Virus record (IMG/VR): IMGVR_UViG_3300030372_005607
Span: 1 to 55,643 of that record
Direction: 5' to 3' (one strand)
DNA length: 55,643 nt
Source of the DNA: a virus
Taxonomy: Duplodnaviria; Caudoviricetes
Each line of letters starts with the position of its first letter. Position 1 is the first letter of the stretch. The position numbers and the translations under genes were made by a program. The notes beneath the pieces were generated by a model. The model was not told the origin of the DNA. It saw only the letters and a list, made by a program, of their open reading frames with translations, and ran no database searches. Shown piece after piece: positions 15,820 through 23,256 of this stretch.

Positions 15820-16545
15820 TTAAATTTCTTGCACGAATCCCGACGTATCATGGTATGCGGTGCCCTTTGCGGTCAGGCCCACCACGTAGCCTTCGCTGCC
15901 CTCTGGATCGAGGAACCTATAATCGTGCTGGTCTCCGTTGATCACAGTGAATCCCTCCCATTTTTCAGGGAGCTTCGTCTGGTCTCTGGTTCGGAATACC
16001 ACGGCGACATTCCCTCCCAGTCCCAGGATTTCTCTGGCCTCTGCCCTGTTTCCATTCCCTAGAGAAAATGTGATGTGATGATTCTTTGGCCTATCCCTTA
16101 ACCACCGCTTCATCCTCGGGAATACCTTGGTGTAGTCATAGAATTGAATCTCTGGAAACTCTCCATGCATCTTCATCGCTAGACCTAGATCAGAGGTTCC
16201 ATCTAGCCTTGCCACCGGTTTGAACCCCTTCTTTTCTGCCCTCTTGATGAGCTTGTTCAATTCTTCTCTTAGTTCTTGGCCGAATCCCTTCCTATCCTCA
16301 AAGAATTTGACGGTCTTTTTGATCCGCGCATCCTTCACTGTTTTCATTCTGCCCCTGCCCTGTTCATCTAGGCAGGGTTTGTCGCAGCCGTTTGCCTTCG
16401 CTGCGGGGCATACCGTAACTTTTCTACCGATGAATTCCGAAACCTTATCTGCACTGGCTAGGTGCAGGATTGTCCCCTCGAAACCCCTCTCCTTTAATTC
16501 TTTCTTGGTCTTGGGGTTCGATGCCATATTTGAAAGCAATGTCAT
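15820..16545 (-). CDS. GP88-like protein
   Basis: CPAAKANGCDKPCL..GRG, RLDGTSD, FYDYTK, HITFS, GDQHDYRFLD, GLTAKG. Confidence 0.85.
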   Translation of the reverse strand: MTLLSNMASNPKTKKELKERGFEGTILHLASADKVSEFIGRKVTVCPAAKANGCDKPCLDEQGRGRMKTVKDARIKKTVKFFEDRKGFGQELREELNKLIKRAEKKGFKPVARLDGTSDLGLAMKMHGEFPEIQFYDYTKVFPRMKRWLRDRPKNHHITFSLGNGNRAEAREILGLGGNVAVVFRTRDQTKLPEKWEGFTVINGDQHDYRFLDPEGSEGYVVGLTAKGTAYHDTSGFVQEI

Positions 16546-16760
16546 ACTCTCTCCTTTTTGTAGGGTACAATTTTGTGCCTCACTTCCCGCTCAATCCTTT
16601 TCAACGACATCGCTACTAAAATCCTTATCTTTCGTTCGCTTGTTTCTTGTTCAAACTCCTCCACAGCGGTATTTTCCTTATCGAACCCTGACAACGTGAT
16701 GAAGCACTCCAAAAGTTCTTCCTCGGAATATCCGGGAAGGTCCTCGATGTAATAGGTCAT
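16542..16760 (-). CDS. Hypothetical protein
   Basis: ATGA-coupled on both sides. Confidence 0.65.
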   Translation of the reverse strand: MTYYIEDLPGYSEEELLECFITLSGFDKENTAVEEFEQETSERKIRILVAMSLKRIEREVRHKIVPYKKERV

Positions 16761-16900
16761 GCCATTTCCTTTTTAGTGTCGAGCCATGCCAGGAGCACAG
16801 CCTGTGCCGCCTCGGCGACCTCCCGAGTCGTCAACTCTGGACACTCTCGTTCTATCACCTCGCACGTTCCGAAAAATGCGCTCAGTTGTTGGTTTGTCAT
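16757..16900 (-). CDS. Hypothetical 47-aa protein (start moved to ATG 16900)
   Basis: GAGGGG RBS inside a 20-bp repeat. Confidence 0.6.
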   Translation of the reverse strand: MTNQQLSAFFGTCEVIERECPELTTREVAEAAQAVLLAWLDTKKEMA

Positions 16901-17312
16901 GGTGTCCCCTCTCGTGGTGTTGGTTTGTGGTGGTGGTGGTGCGCCACGCCAGCCACGCACAGTCTCGCGGGGCTGACGTTCGGCAGTATCAGAGCCGCGC
17001 GTAGGGCAGCCCGGCGGACATTCGTGACACCTCCAACTGATCTACAACGTAGATCTGCTGCCTGATCGCGTCGCAAACCCTATCCTTGATGCGGGCAGCG
17101 TCTGAAGTATGGGATTCTTGGTCGAGCCGATTAAGTCGTTTGATCAGACCGCACAGTTGGGTTTCCGCGTCGAGCACGTCTAGCCCGCCGGCGGCGACCT
17201 GTTCAACAATCGCGAGTCCCTCGCGCCAGATTTGGTTTAGGATCTCCGCAAAGTCTGCCGTACTGGTTTCGGTGTTGGTGTTGGTGTTGGTCGTCATGGT
17301 GTCCCCTCTCGT
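16896..17312. repeat. 20-bp direct repeat GTCATGGTGTCCCCTCTCGT at 16896-16915 and 17293-17312
   Basis: Exact duplicate spanning RBS and start codon of two adjacent genes. Confidence 0.9.
16989..17297 (-). CDS. Hypothetical helical protein
   Basis: Same RBS repeat; N-terminal TN repeats. Confidence 0.7.
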   Translation of the reverse strand: MTTNTNTNTETSTADFAEILNQIWREGLAIVEQVAAGGLDVLDAETQLCGLIKRLNRLDQESHTSDAARIKDRVCDAIRQQIYVVDQLEVSRMSAGLPYARL

Positions 17313-17512
17313 TATCCAAAGATCAGGAGGGCTTGCTCTGCCCCCATCACGTTGTTATTTCCGCATGATTCACATGCGTATCCCTCGGCGTCTGGTTCCA
17401 CCCCTTCCTGCCTTTCGAGGCAGTTAGTGCAGACTCCCTCGTATGCGTCGAATTCGCTTTCGAGAATTTCCAGTGCTACTGAAACAATTTCCTCGTAGCT
17501 TTTGACGGGCAT
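17312..17512 (-). CDS. Small zinc-finger protein
   Basis: CTNC...EPDA..YACESCG...V.G. Confidence 0.75.
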   Translation of the reverse strand: MPVKSYEEIVSVALEILESEFDAYEGVCTNCLERQEGVEPDAEGYACESCGNNNVMGAEQALLIFG

Positions 17513-17516
17513 GGTC

Positions 17517-17765
17517 CTACTTTCCTCCATCCACCCCAAACGAAGCAGGCTCTTCAGGTGAAAAAAGTTCTTCCCATTCCGAGGGTGTTATTCCTGTGAA
17601 GACAAACTCGCGCTCACCTGGGCTCAACTCTGGGAAGAAATCAGCCAACAGTGGCATATCTGGTCCACCGCTGAACCATTCGTCGAGCTTCTCCTGTGAT
17701 GTGTTGAGTCTCATTTTTCCCATTCTTCCTGAAATGGGACTTTCTCTGGTCAACCAAACAGCCAT
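17517..17765 (-). CDS. Hypothetical phage protein
   Basis: FPELSPGEREFVFTGITPSEWEELF motif. Confidence 0.75.
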   Translation of the reverse strand: MAVWLTRESPISGRMGKMRLNTSQEKLDEWFSGGPDMPLLADFFPELSPGEREFVFTGITPSEWEELFSPEEPASFGVDGGK

Positions 17766-17774
17766 TCGTCATCC

Positions 17775-17858
17775 TCACGGTGTGAATAATTTGCAGAATT
17801 GAAATTGCCAATAGACAGCCGTTGCCAGTATTACAACGAGCATCAAAAACCGGAACAA
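17775..17858 (-). CDS. Candidate 27-aa hydrophobic peptide
   Basis: AGGAGG 9 nt before TTG; MFRFLMLVVILATAVYWQFQFCKLFTP. Confidence 0.5.
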   Translation of the reverse strand: MFRFLMLVVILATAVYWQFQFCKLFTP

Positions 17859-17873
17859 ATCATTTTCCCTCCT

Positions 17874-18164
17874 TTAGTGAAAGCCACTCCACCTGTTCAT
17901 TGCGAACCACATGGCACAATGCTCTGGATTGTCCATCAGCGGCCTCTGGGGGTGGGGGAACATCTCGTGCTCCGCTCCTGTGATCCCCCTTGTTTTTGCG
18001 TGTTTCCTGAGAATGGAGTCGGGTACCTCCTCCAAAGGGATGATCTTTGTTTTGGATGCTTCATCTAATAGAAAGATTTTCAGGAAAGGTTTCCTGTTCT
18101 CATCGGTCCTCCAGACCGCAGCATGCTCGACGCCCTGTACGACGACTTGATCTATATTTGCCAT
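17874..18164 (-). CDS. Hypothetical protein (start moved to ATG 18164)
   Basis: AGGAG RBS before MANIDQ. Confidence 0.7.
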   Translation of the reverse strand: MANIDQVVVQGVEHAAVWRTDENRKPFLKIFLLDEASKTKIIPLEEVPDSILRKHAKTRGITGAEHEMFPHPQRPLMDNPEHCAMWFAMNRWSGFH

Positions 18165-18203
18165 GCTTTTTCTCCTATATTTTTTTCCATCGTCATACTG
18201 CCT

Positions 18204-18237
18204 AAACAAAAAATCCCCGGAGATAATCCCCGGGGAT
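18204..18237 (-). terminator. Intrinsic terminator
   Basis: ATCCCCGG-loop-CCGGGGAT followed by TTTTTGTTT on the minus strand. Confidence 0.75.
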
Positions 18238-18272
18238 CCGTTGTTCACGCACCATGCTCTAGGACTTTGTTT

Positions 18273-18584
18273 TCAGTCCCAGTGGTTCTCTCTCATCGGC
18301 ACACCGTCCCAGATTTTGGCCCAGGAATAGTCCGAAACTTTGAATCCGTCTCCGTCCAGAATTCTCTTGGTCATCACCTCTCCGGTGAATTTTCCCTTTA
18401 CCGGTGAAGACTCAAATTCACCCCCGAAAGCTTCGTCTGTCGAGGACTTGGCTATTTTTCTGACCTTGACAGACTTACCACTTTTGGTCATTCCGACGAC
18501 CTGATAGAAATCTGCAATCGTCATGGAATATCCCCAACTACAACAAAAAACAGTACCTACTTTGATTTGGTTTGAAATTGCCAA
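18273..18584 (-). CDS. Hypothetical beta-rich early protein
   Basis: VGTVF..SWGY..T..DFYQV...SGKSV; GGAGGAG RBS, TTG start. Confidence 0.8.
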   Translation of the reverse strand: MAISNQIKVGTVFCCSWGYSMTIADFYQVVGMTKSGKSVKVRKIAKSSTDEAFGGEFESSPVKGKFTGEVMTKRILDGDGFKVSDYSWAKIWDGVPMRENHWD

Positions 18585-18655
18585 CGGTGCTCCTCCAATT
18601 GAGAGGGGGCATCATTGCCCCCCCTCGGGTGATCATCCATTCGGACGATGAAACC

Positions 18656-18683
18656 ATTATAGGGGGTCCTAAATGAATTGCAA
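18656..18683 (-). promoter_or_regulatory. Early sigma70-like promoter
   Basis: TTGCAA-16 nt-TATAAT. Confidence 0.7.
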
Positions 18684-18693
18684 CCCCTAAAAG

Positions 18694-18722
18694 AAAAAAA
18701 ACCCCCGGAAAAACTCCGGGGG
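18694..18722 (-). terminator. Intrinsic terminator
   Basis: CCCCCGGA-loop-TCCGGGGG followed by T8. Confidence 0.8.
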
Positions 18723-18729
18723 CAGTGGT

Positions 18730-19287
18730 TTAGAATTTCGCCGCAATCATGGCGGCAAAATAAAACCCCTTTTGATTTTCCGCGCGGATCAGGTCGGAAA
18801 GTTCTTTCGATCTAATCCGACGCCCCACTATATGGGACCAAAATTTGAATTTTTGATCGCGATAGTGCTGGTCGACCCTAGCGGAGTCGGCTCCGCTGTA
18901 TTGGTCGGATTCTGCATTGGCGTAAGCATTGGCCAGCTTTCGGCCAATTTGATTGCGTTTGCGAGATTCCGCCCGCGATACCATGCGCGGGGGCCTTGCA
19001 CCCTTCGCCCGCTTCGGCTCGACGGTCGAAACGCCCCCGTACTCCTCCAGAATCTTAACGGACCTCAGCTTCCCGCCGGCGGTTATATAGGCCGCCAGCC
19101 ACTGCGGGGCCTTCGGGGCCTTCGGGGCCGTTGGGGCCTTGGTGGCCTTGGTGGCCTTCTTGGCCTTGGTGATTTCCCAGGAGTGGAAAGTATCGTCTGC
19201 TTCCCGAGCTTCCCTTCTCTCTTCTCTTAATCTGGCAAGTTCCGCGGAATCCCCACGGAGCCCCATTCCATAAGCTAAATTAGCCAT
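18730..19287 (-). CDS. Basic hypothetical protein with KAP/KAT repeats; first early gene
   Basis: AGGAGG RBS; own promoter and terminator. Confidence 0.75.
   Translation of the reverse strand: MANLAYGMGLRGDSAELARLREERREAREADDTFHSWEITKAKKATKATKAPTAPKAPKAPQWLAAYITAGGKLRSVKILEEYGGVSTVEPKRAKGARPPRMVSRAESRKRNQIGRKLANAYANAESDQYSGADSARVDQHYRDQKFKFWSHIVGRRIRSKELSDLIRAENQKGFYFAAMIAAKF
19105..19167. repeat. Seven degenerate 9-bp tandem units (e.g. CGGGGCCTT, GGTGGCCTT)
   Basis: Encodes KAKKATKATKAPTAPKAPKAP on the minus strand. Confidence 0.85.
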
Positions 19288-19340
19288 AGGGGTTACCCCT
19301 CCTTTCGCCCATTCGGGCGATTGATTGAACCAACATTTTC

Positions 19341-19369
19341 ATTATCGGGGTTTTAAATTCAGAAATCAA
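19341..19369 (-). promoter_or_regulatory. Early sigma70-like promoter
   Basis: TTGATT-17 nt-GATAAT, similar to the 18656-18683 promoter. Confidence 0.55.
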
Positions 19370-19436
19370 TAGAAAAAAGGGTCTGAAATTAAAAAAAGTT
19401 TTGGGGGTAAAACCCAGCGAAAGAAAGGAGAAAACG

Positions 19437-19937
19437 GTGCGAAAGCTAACTAAAAAACAAGAAGAGTTTTCTAGGATGGTGGGAGACGGTCGGGGGCAAG
19501 TTGAGGCCTATAGAGAGGTATATGAGACCAGCGGAACACCAAACGGACAACGGGTAGACGCTCACAGGCTTTCTAATCGACCTAATGTAGCCCTAGCGAT
19601 AGAGGAGAGAAGGGCATCGAATGCACGTCTTGCGGCACAATCTGCGCGGTCTCGGTCGGCATGGATTGTTGAGCGGCTTTTCGCCGAATCAGAAGACCAA
19701 GAGTCACCCGCTGCAGCGAGGATTCGAGCCCTAGAGATACTCGGTAAGGCTTCGGGATTATTCGATAGCGAAGGGGACAGAGAGTCGAAACGCAAGACGG
19801 CGACCGAGTCCGAACTGGCATCGGAATTAACAGCGAGGCTGCAAGATCTTCTGCCCGGGCTCGGTGTTATCGATACGGATCGGATCGTTTCGGAAGTTGA
19901 GGAGAGCGACGACGACGACCCCCCCACCCCCCTGTGA
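19437..19937 (+). CDS. terS: Terminase small subunit
   Basis: LTKKQEEF...AYREVY HTH and ARIRALEILGK motifs; AGGAG RBS before GTG 19437. Confidence 0.75.
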   Translation: MRKLTKKQEEFSRMVGDGRGQVEAYREVYETSGTPNGQRVDAHRLSNRPNVALAIEERRASNARLAAQSARSRSAWIVERLFAESEDQESPAAARIRALEILGKASGLFDSEGDRESKRKTATESELASELTARLQDLLPGLGVIDTDRIVSEVEESDDDDPPTPL

Positions 19938-20084
19938 GCGAAGGCGTAGGCTTCTCCTCATATTACATAGTATTCTGCACATACAAATACCATTTTTCTG
20001 AAAACCCACTTAAACGGCGTTAACCCCGAAAGTCTGAGTTTTTTGCCTAGGAGTCCCATACCCTAAAAAAATTTATAAAAAAAT

Positions 20085-20114
20085 TTGACAAAAACCGATT
20101 TTTTTAGCTATGGT
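20085..20114 (+). promoter_or_regulatory. Sigma70-like promoter
   Basis: TTGACA-18 nt-TATGGT with upstream A tracts. Confidence 0.55.
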
Positions 20115-20123
20115 GCCAACGCG

Positions 20124-20276
20124 CCCTGTAGGTACCTACTCAGTTAAGTAACTACATCCTAAAGTGCTTTGTAGTTACCTCCTTTCCTGTATTAGTCTGG
20201 TAATACAGGAATTGAGTTAGTTATAGGGATAGGCAAGTTTAGTTCTTAGGTACCTAATCTTTAGGTACCTACAGGG
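20124..20276. other. Structured non-coding element bounded by a 15-bp inverted repeat
   Basis: CCCTGTAGGTACCTA / TAGGTACCTACAGGG enclosing 9-bp and 11-bp perfect hairpins and a third palindrome. Confidence 0.8.
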
Positions 20277-20284
20277 ATATAGGC

Positions 20285-20614
20285 ATGCCTAATCAAGCAG
20301 AAGAGAAGGTTGTTTGGTACCACCTAGAGCCTCAAGAAGTAGATTCTTGGGAGTTCGAGTACTTCAACCTAGATACCGGCAGTTGGACGCCGGTAATAGA
20401 TTTCACTCCTGTCTATCCCTGTGATGCTTGTTTCCAGACATTCGTTTCTGTTCCTGAGTTTCATTGCTGCATAAGAGCCAGGGCAGTGAACGAAGCAGGC
20501 TCCTCAGAATGGTCTGAGCCAAGGCCTTTACCAGAGCCGGGCATTTCCTCAATGCTTTTCGTTGTTATCACTGTGGCCCTTCTCAGGGGCCTTGTGCGGC
20601 GATTTATTGGGTAG
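20285..20614 (+). CDS. FN3-like protein with a PEP-CTERM sorting signal
   Basis: RARAVNEAGSSEWSEP (FN3 F-G strands), then LPEPG, a hydrophobic helix and an Arg-containing tail. Confidence 0.75.
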   Translation: MPNQAEEKVVWYHLEPQEVDSWEFEYFNLDTGSWTPVIDFTPVYPCDACFQTFVSVPEFHCCIRARAVNEAGSSEWSEPRPLPEPGISSMLFVVITVALLRGLVRRFIG

Positions 20615-20624
20615 TCCGAATAAG

Positions 20625-20653
20625 AAAGCCCCCAGAGTTTCCTCTAGGGGCTT
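20625..20653. terminator. Probable bidirectional terminator
   Basis: AAAGCCCC...GGGGCTTT between convergent genes. Confidence 0.6.
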
Positions 20654-20679
20654 TGCCTAACCTGGGAATGTGAGACTCT

Positions 20680-20883
20680 CTAATAATGTTTAGGGGTCCA
20701 TCCTTCTCCCTTAAACTTAGAGGGGGATGCAAACAGTAGTCTTTCCAGAGAACAGTAACGAGTACCGTCTTCCTTTCTCTTGCTCTTACATCCAGCCTTC
20801 TTCTTCAAAGGCTCGTCAGTAATAGCTTGAAAGACCTCGAACTGCTTTCCGCATTTGCGGCACCTGTATTCATAGGTCGGCAT
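20680..20883 (-). CDS. FmdB-family zinc-ribbon protein
   Basis: MPTYEYRCRKCGKQFEVFQAITDEPL...FKGEGW; ATG at 20883. Confidence 0.88.
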   Translation of the reverse strand: MPTYEYRCRKCGKQFEVFQAITDEPLKKKAGCKSKRKEDGTRYCSLERLLFASPSKFKGEGWTPKHY

Positions 20884-21313
20884 CTGTTGATTCAGGCTCC
20901 TGAACAATCGGTTTAATCTGTTTTCTAACTTCGTACATAACACTGTTATACCCGAATTGACTAGCGTGTTTTACCAGCTTGGGCTCGCCAGTCACAAACT
21001 CAATAGAAGTGCAGCCGTTGTTTGCAGCAATATTGTCTAATTCCTCGTAGATCGTTGCTGCTCCGTTTTCCGTTGGGCACCAAGCAATCCAGATAAACAG
21101 GTTTTTGCCGGTCTCGGTCTCGTCCATACGGCACACAATAAACCCATCACTGGGCTCCATGCCTTCTCCGACCAGCAGCGCCGCACTCCCAGTGATACAT
21201 GCAGCGTAAATGTCTTCGGGAATCCAGTCTCTCCATGGCATTTCTCGCCAGACACTCAGTATCCCGCGATAAACTTCTTGCCAAATAGGCCGAATATCCA
21301 CTGCCTTCAGCAT
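20870..21313 (-). CDS. GNAT-like fold protein
   Basis: GFIV...LFIWIAW...IAANNGCTSIEF...FGY; AGAGGAG RBS before ATG 21313. Confidence 0.6.
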   Translation of the reverse strand: MLKAVDIRPIWQEVYRGILSVWREMPWRDWIPEDIYAACITGSAALLVGEGMEPSDGFIVCRMDETETGKNLFIWIAWCPTENGAATIYEELDNIAANNGCTSIEFVTGEPKLVKHASQFGYNSVMYEVRKQIKPIVQEPESTDADL

Positions 21314-21588
21314 TTCATCTCCTCTGTAGTTGTTATAAAAAGCTAATGGATACAATACGTTATAAGACTAATACACTTTAGTCTTCCAGTGATATCTATC
21401 CAAAAGCTTGTTTGGTTTGAGATACATAGCATTTACTTACGTTGAACAATATTAAATAGCCATGATCGCTTAACCCAATATTGGCCCTTTAGTTAATCAT
21501 TAACTACTTAACTTGAGCATTGTTTTTAAGGATATAATCACTTAAAACAGGTAGTTAAGAGCTTTCTTACAAAGTTGTAGATAAGTTG

Positions 21589-21618
21589 TTGACGTAATTG
21601 TCAAGGCATGTGTATAAT
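21589..21618 (+). promoter_or_regulatory. Promoter of the packaging/structural operon
   Basis: TTGACG-18 nt-TATAAT. Confidence 0.7.
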
Positions 21619-21737
21619 CACGTTGGATTTGTGCACCGAAACGCTGGGGGCGTTTCTTGGGGGAACGCAGATCCAAAGGGGCGCTCCTTGGTTGATCACC
21701 GGGTTGAGCGCCCCGGTCCTTTAAGCAGGAGATAAAC

Positions 21738-23246
21738 CTGTCGGTAGATCTAAGTTCGGTAAAGGATCTGATAGACGTTATTCCTGACGAGGAAAAGCGA
21801 GATATCCTTGATATCATCGACAGGATCGATGAATTAAGGTCAAACAGAAAAGCTCAAACGAGCTTTATGGAGTTTGTTCGCAGGGTTTGGCCCTCTTTTA
21901 TAGAGGGTTCTCATCACAGAATTATGGGTGAGTCCTTCGAGAAGGTTATTTCCGACGATTACCGTCGTTTAATAATCAACATGGCCCCCAGGCATACGAA
22001 ATCTGAGTTTGCCTCATACCTACTTCCAGCTTGGTTCTTGGGAAACAATCCGGGCAAGAAGGTAATTCAAACCGCTCACACCGCAGAACTAGCTGTTGGC
22101 TTTGGCCGGAAGGTTCGTAACTTAGTTGATTCAGATGAGTTCAAGGCAATATTCCCCAATGTTTCCTTGAGGTCTGACTCAAAAGCTGCCGGTCGCTGGA
22201 ACACAAACCATGGAGGGGAATACTTCGCAATCGGCGTGGGTGGCGCAGTCACCGGTAAGGGTGCGGATCTTCTGATTATCGACGATCCCCATTCGGAGCA
22301 GGAAGCACAACTCGGAGACGCATCGGTATTTGATAAGGTCTACGAGTGGTACACGTCTGGCCCACGCCAACGTCTTCAGCCCCGTGGGAAAATTATTCAG
22401 GTCGCCACCCGGTGGTCACAACGCGACCTGACTGGTCAGCTTCTGAAGAATGCTTCCGAGAGAGACGGGACTGATCAGTGGGAAGTTATTGAATTTCCAG
22501 CGATATTGCCTTCCGGCAACCCATTGTGGCCAGAGTTTTGGTCAATTGATGAGCTTGAGAAGGTCAAGGCAGAGCTTCCTTCCTCCAAGTGGTCTGCTCA
22601 ATATCAACAAGATCCAACGGCTGACGAAGCGGCAATCATCAAAAGAGAGTGGTGGAAAAGGTGGGATAGCCAAGAACCACCGCAATGCGAATTCTTAATA
22701 CAGTCTTGGGATACAGCGTTTCTTAAAACAGAAAGGGCCGATTACTCGGCTTGCACGACCTGGGGCGTTTTCTACACAGACCAAACAGAGGATGGAAAGC
22801 TTCGGCCCAACGTCATTCTTTTGAATGCATTTCAGAAAAGAATGGAGTTTCCCGAACTTAAAAAGAAGGCTTACGAGTCTTACACGCAATGGAAGCCCGA
22901 TGCGTGTATTGTTGAAGCAAAGGCTGCTGGTTCCCCACTGATATTTGAGCTAAGGCAGATGGGCGTTCCGGTAAGTGAATATGTTCCATCTAGGGGCAGA
23001 GATAAGATTGCTCGTGTAAATGCGGTTGCTGATCTCTTTTCCTCTGGTGTTATATGGGCTCCCAATAAGAGGTTTGCAGAGGAAGTTATAGAGCAATTTG
23101 CTGGATTTCCCGGTGCTTCTTCTCATGATGACCTTGTCGATTCTTCAACCCAGGCTCTTCTTAGATTTCGTCAGGGTGGTTTTGTTCCGCTTAACAGCGA
23201 TGAAGACTTAGAATATGTGCCAAAGCATGCTTATTCTCCGTATTGA
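21738..23246 (+). CDS. terL: Terminase large subunit (probable CTG start 21738; first ATG 21867)
   Basis: APRHTKS, TGKGADLLIIDDPH, YQQDP, QSWDTA, VEAKAAG, HDDLVD. Confidence 0.97.
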   Translation: MSVDLSSVKDLIDVIPDEEKRDILDIIDRIDELRSNRKAQTSFMEFVRRVWPSFIEGSHHRIMGESFEKVISDDYRRLIINMAPRHTKSEFASYLLPAWFLGNNPGKKVIQTAHTAELAVGFGRKVRNLVDSDEFKAIFPNVSLRSDSKAAGRWNTNHGGEYFAIGVGGAVTGKGADLLIIDDPHSEQEAQLGDASVFDKVYEWYTSGPRQRLQPRGKIIQVATRWSQRDLTGQLLKNASERDGTDQWEVIEFPAILPSGNPLWPEFWSIDELEKVKAELPSSKWSAQYQQDPTADEAAIIKREWWKRWDSQEPPQCEFLIQSWDTAFLKTERADYSACTTWGVFYTDQTEDGKLRPNVILLNAFQKRMEFPELKKKAYESYTQWKPDACIVEAKAAGSPLIFELRQMGVPVSEYVPSRGRDKIARVNAVADLFSSGVIWAPNKRFAEEVIEQFAGFPGASSHDDLVDSSTQALLRFRQGGFVPLNSDEDLEYVPKHAYSPY

Positions 23247-23256
23247 GGTTTGATCA

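Noticed and set aside
20124-20276. Retron msr-msd or DGR element
   Set aside because: The inverted-repeat-bounded structure is superficially similar, but I found no reverse transcriptase and no template/variable repeat pair
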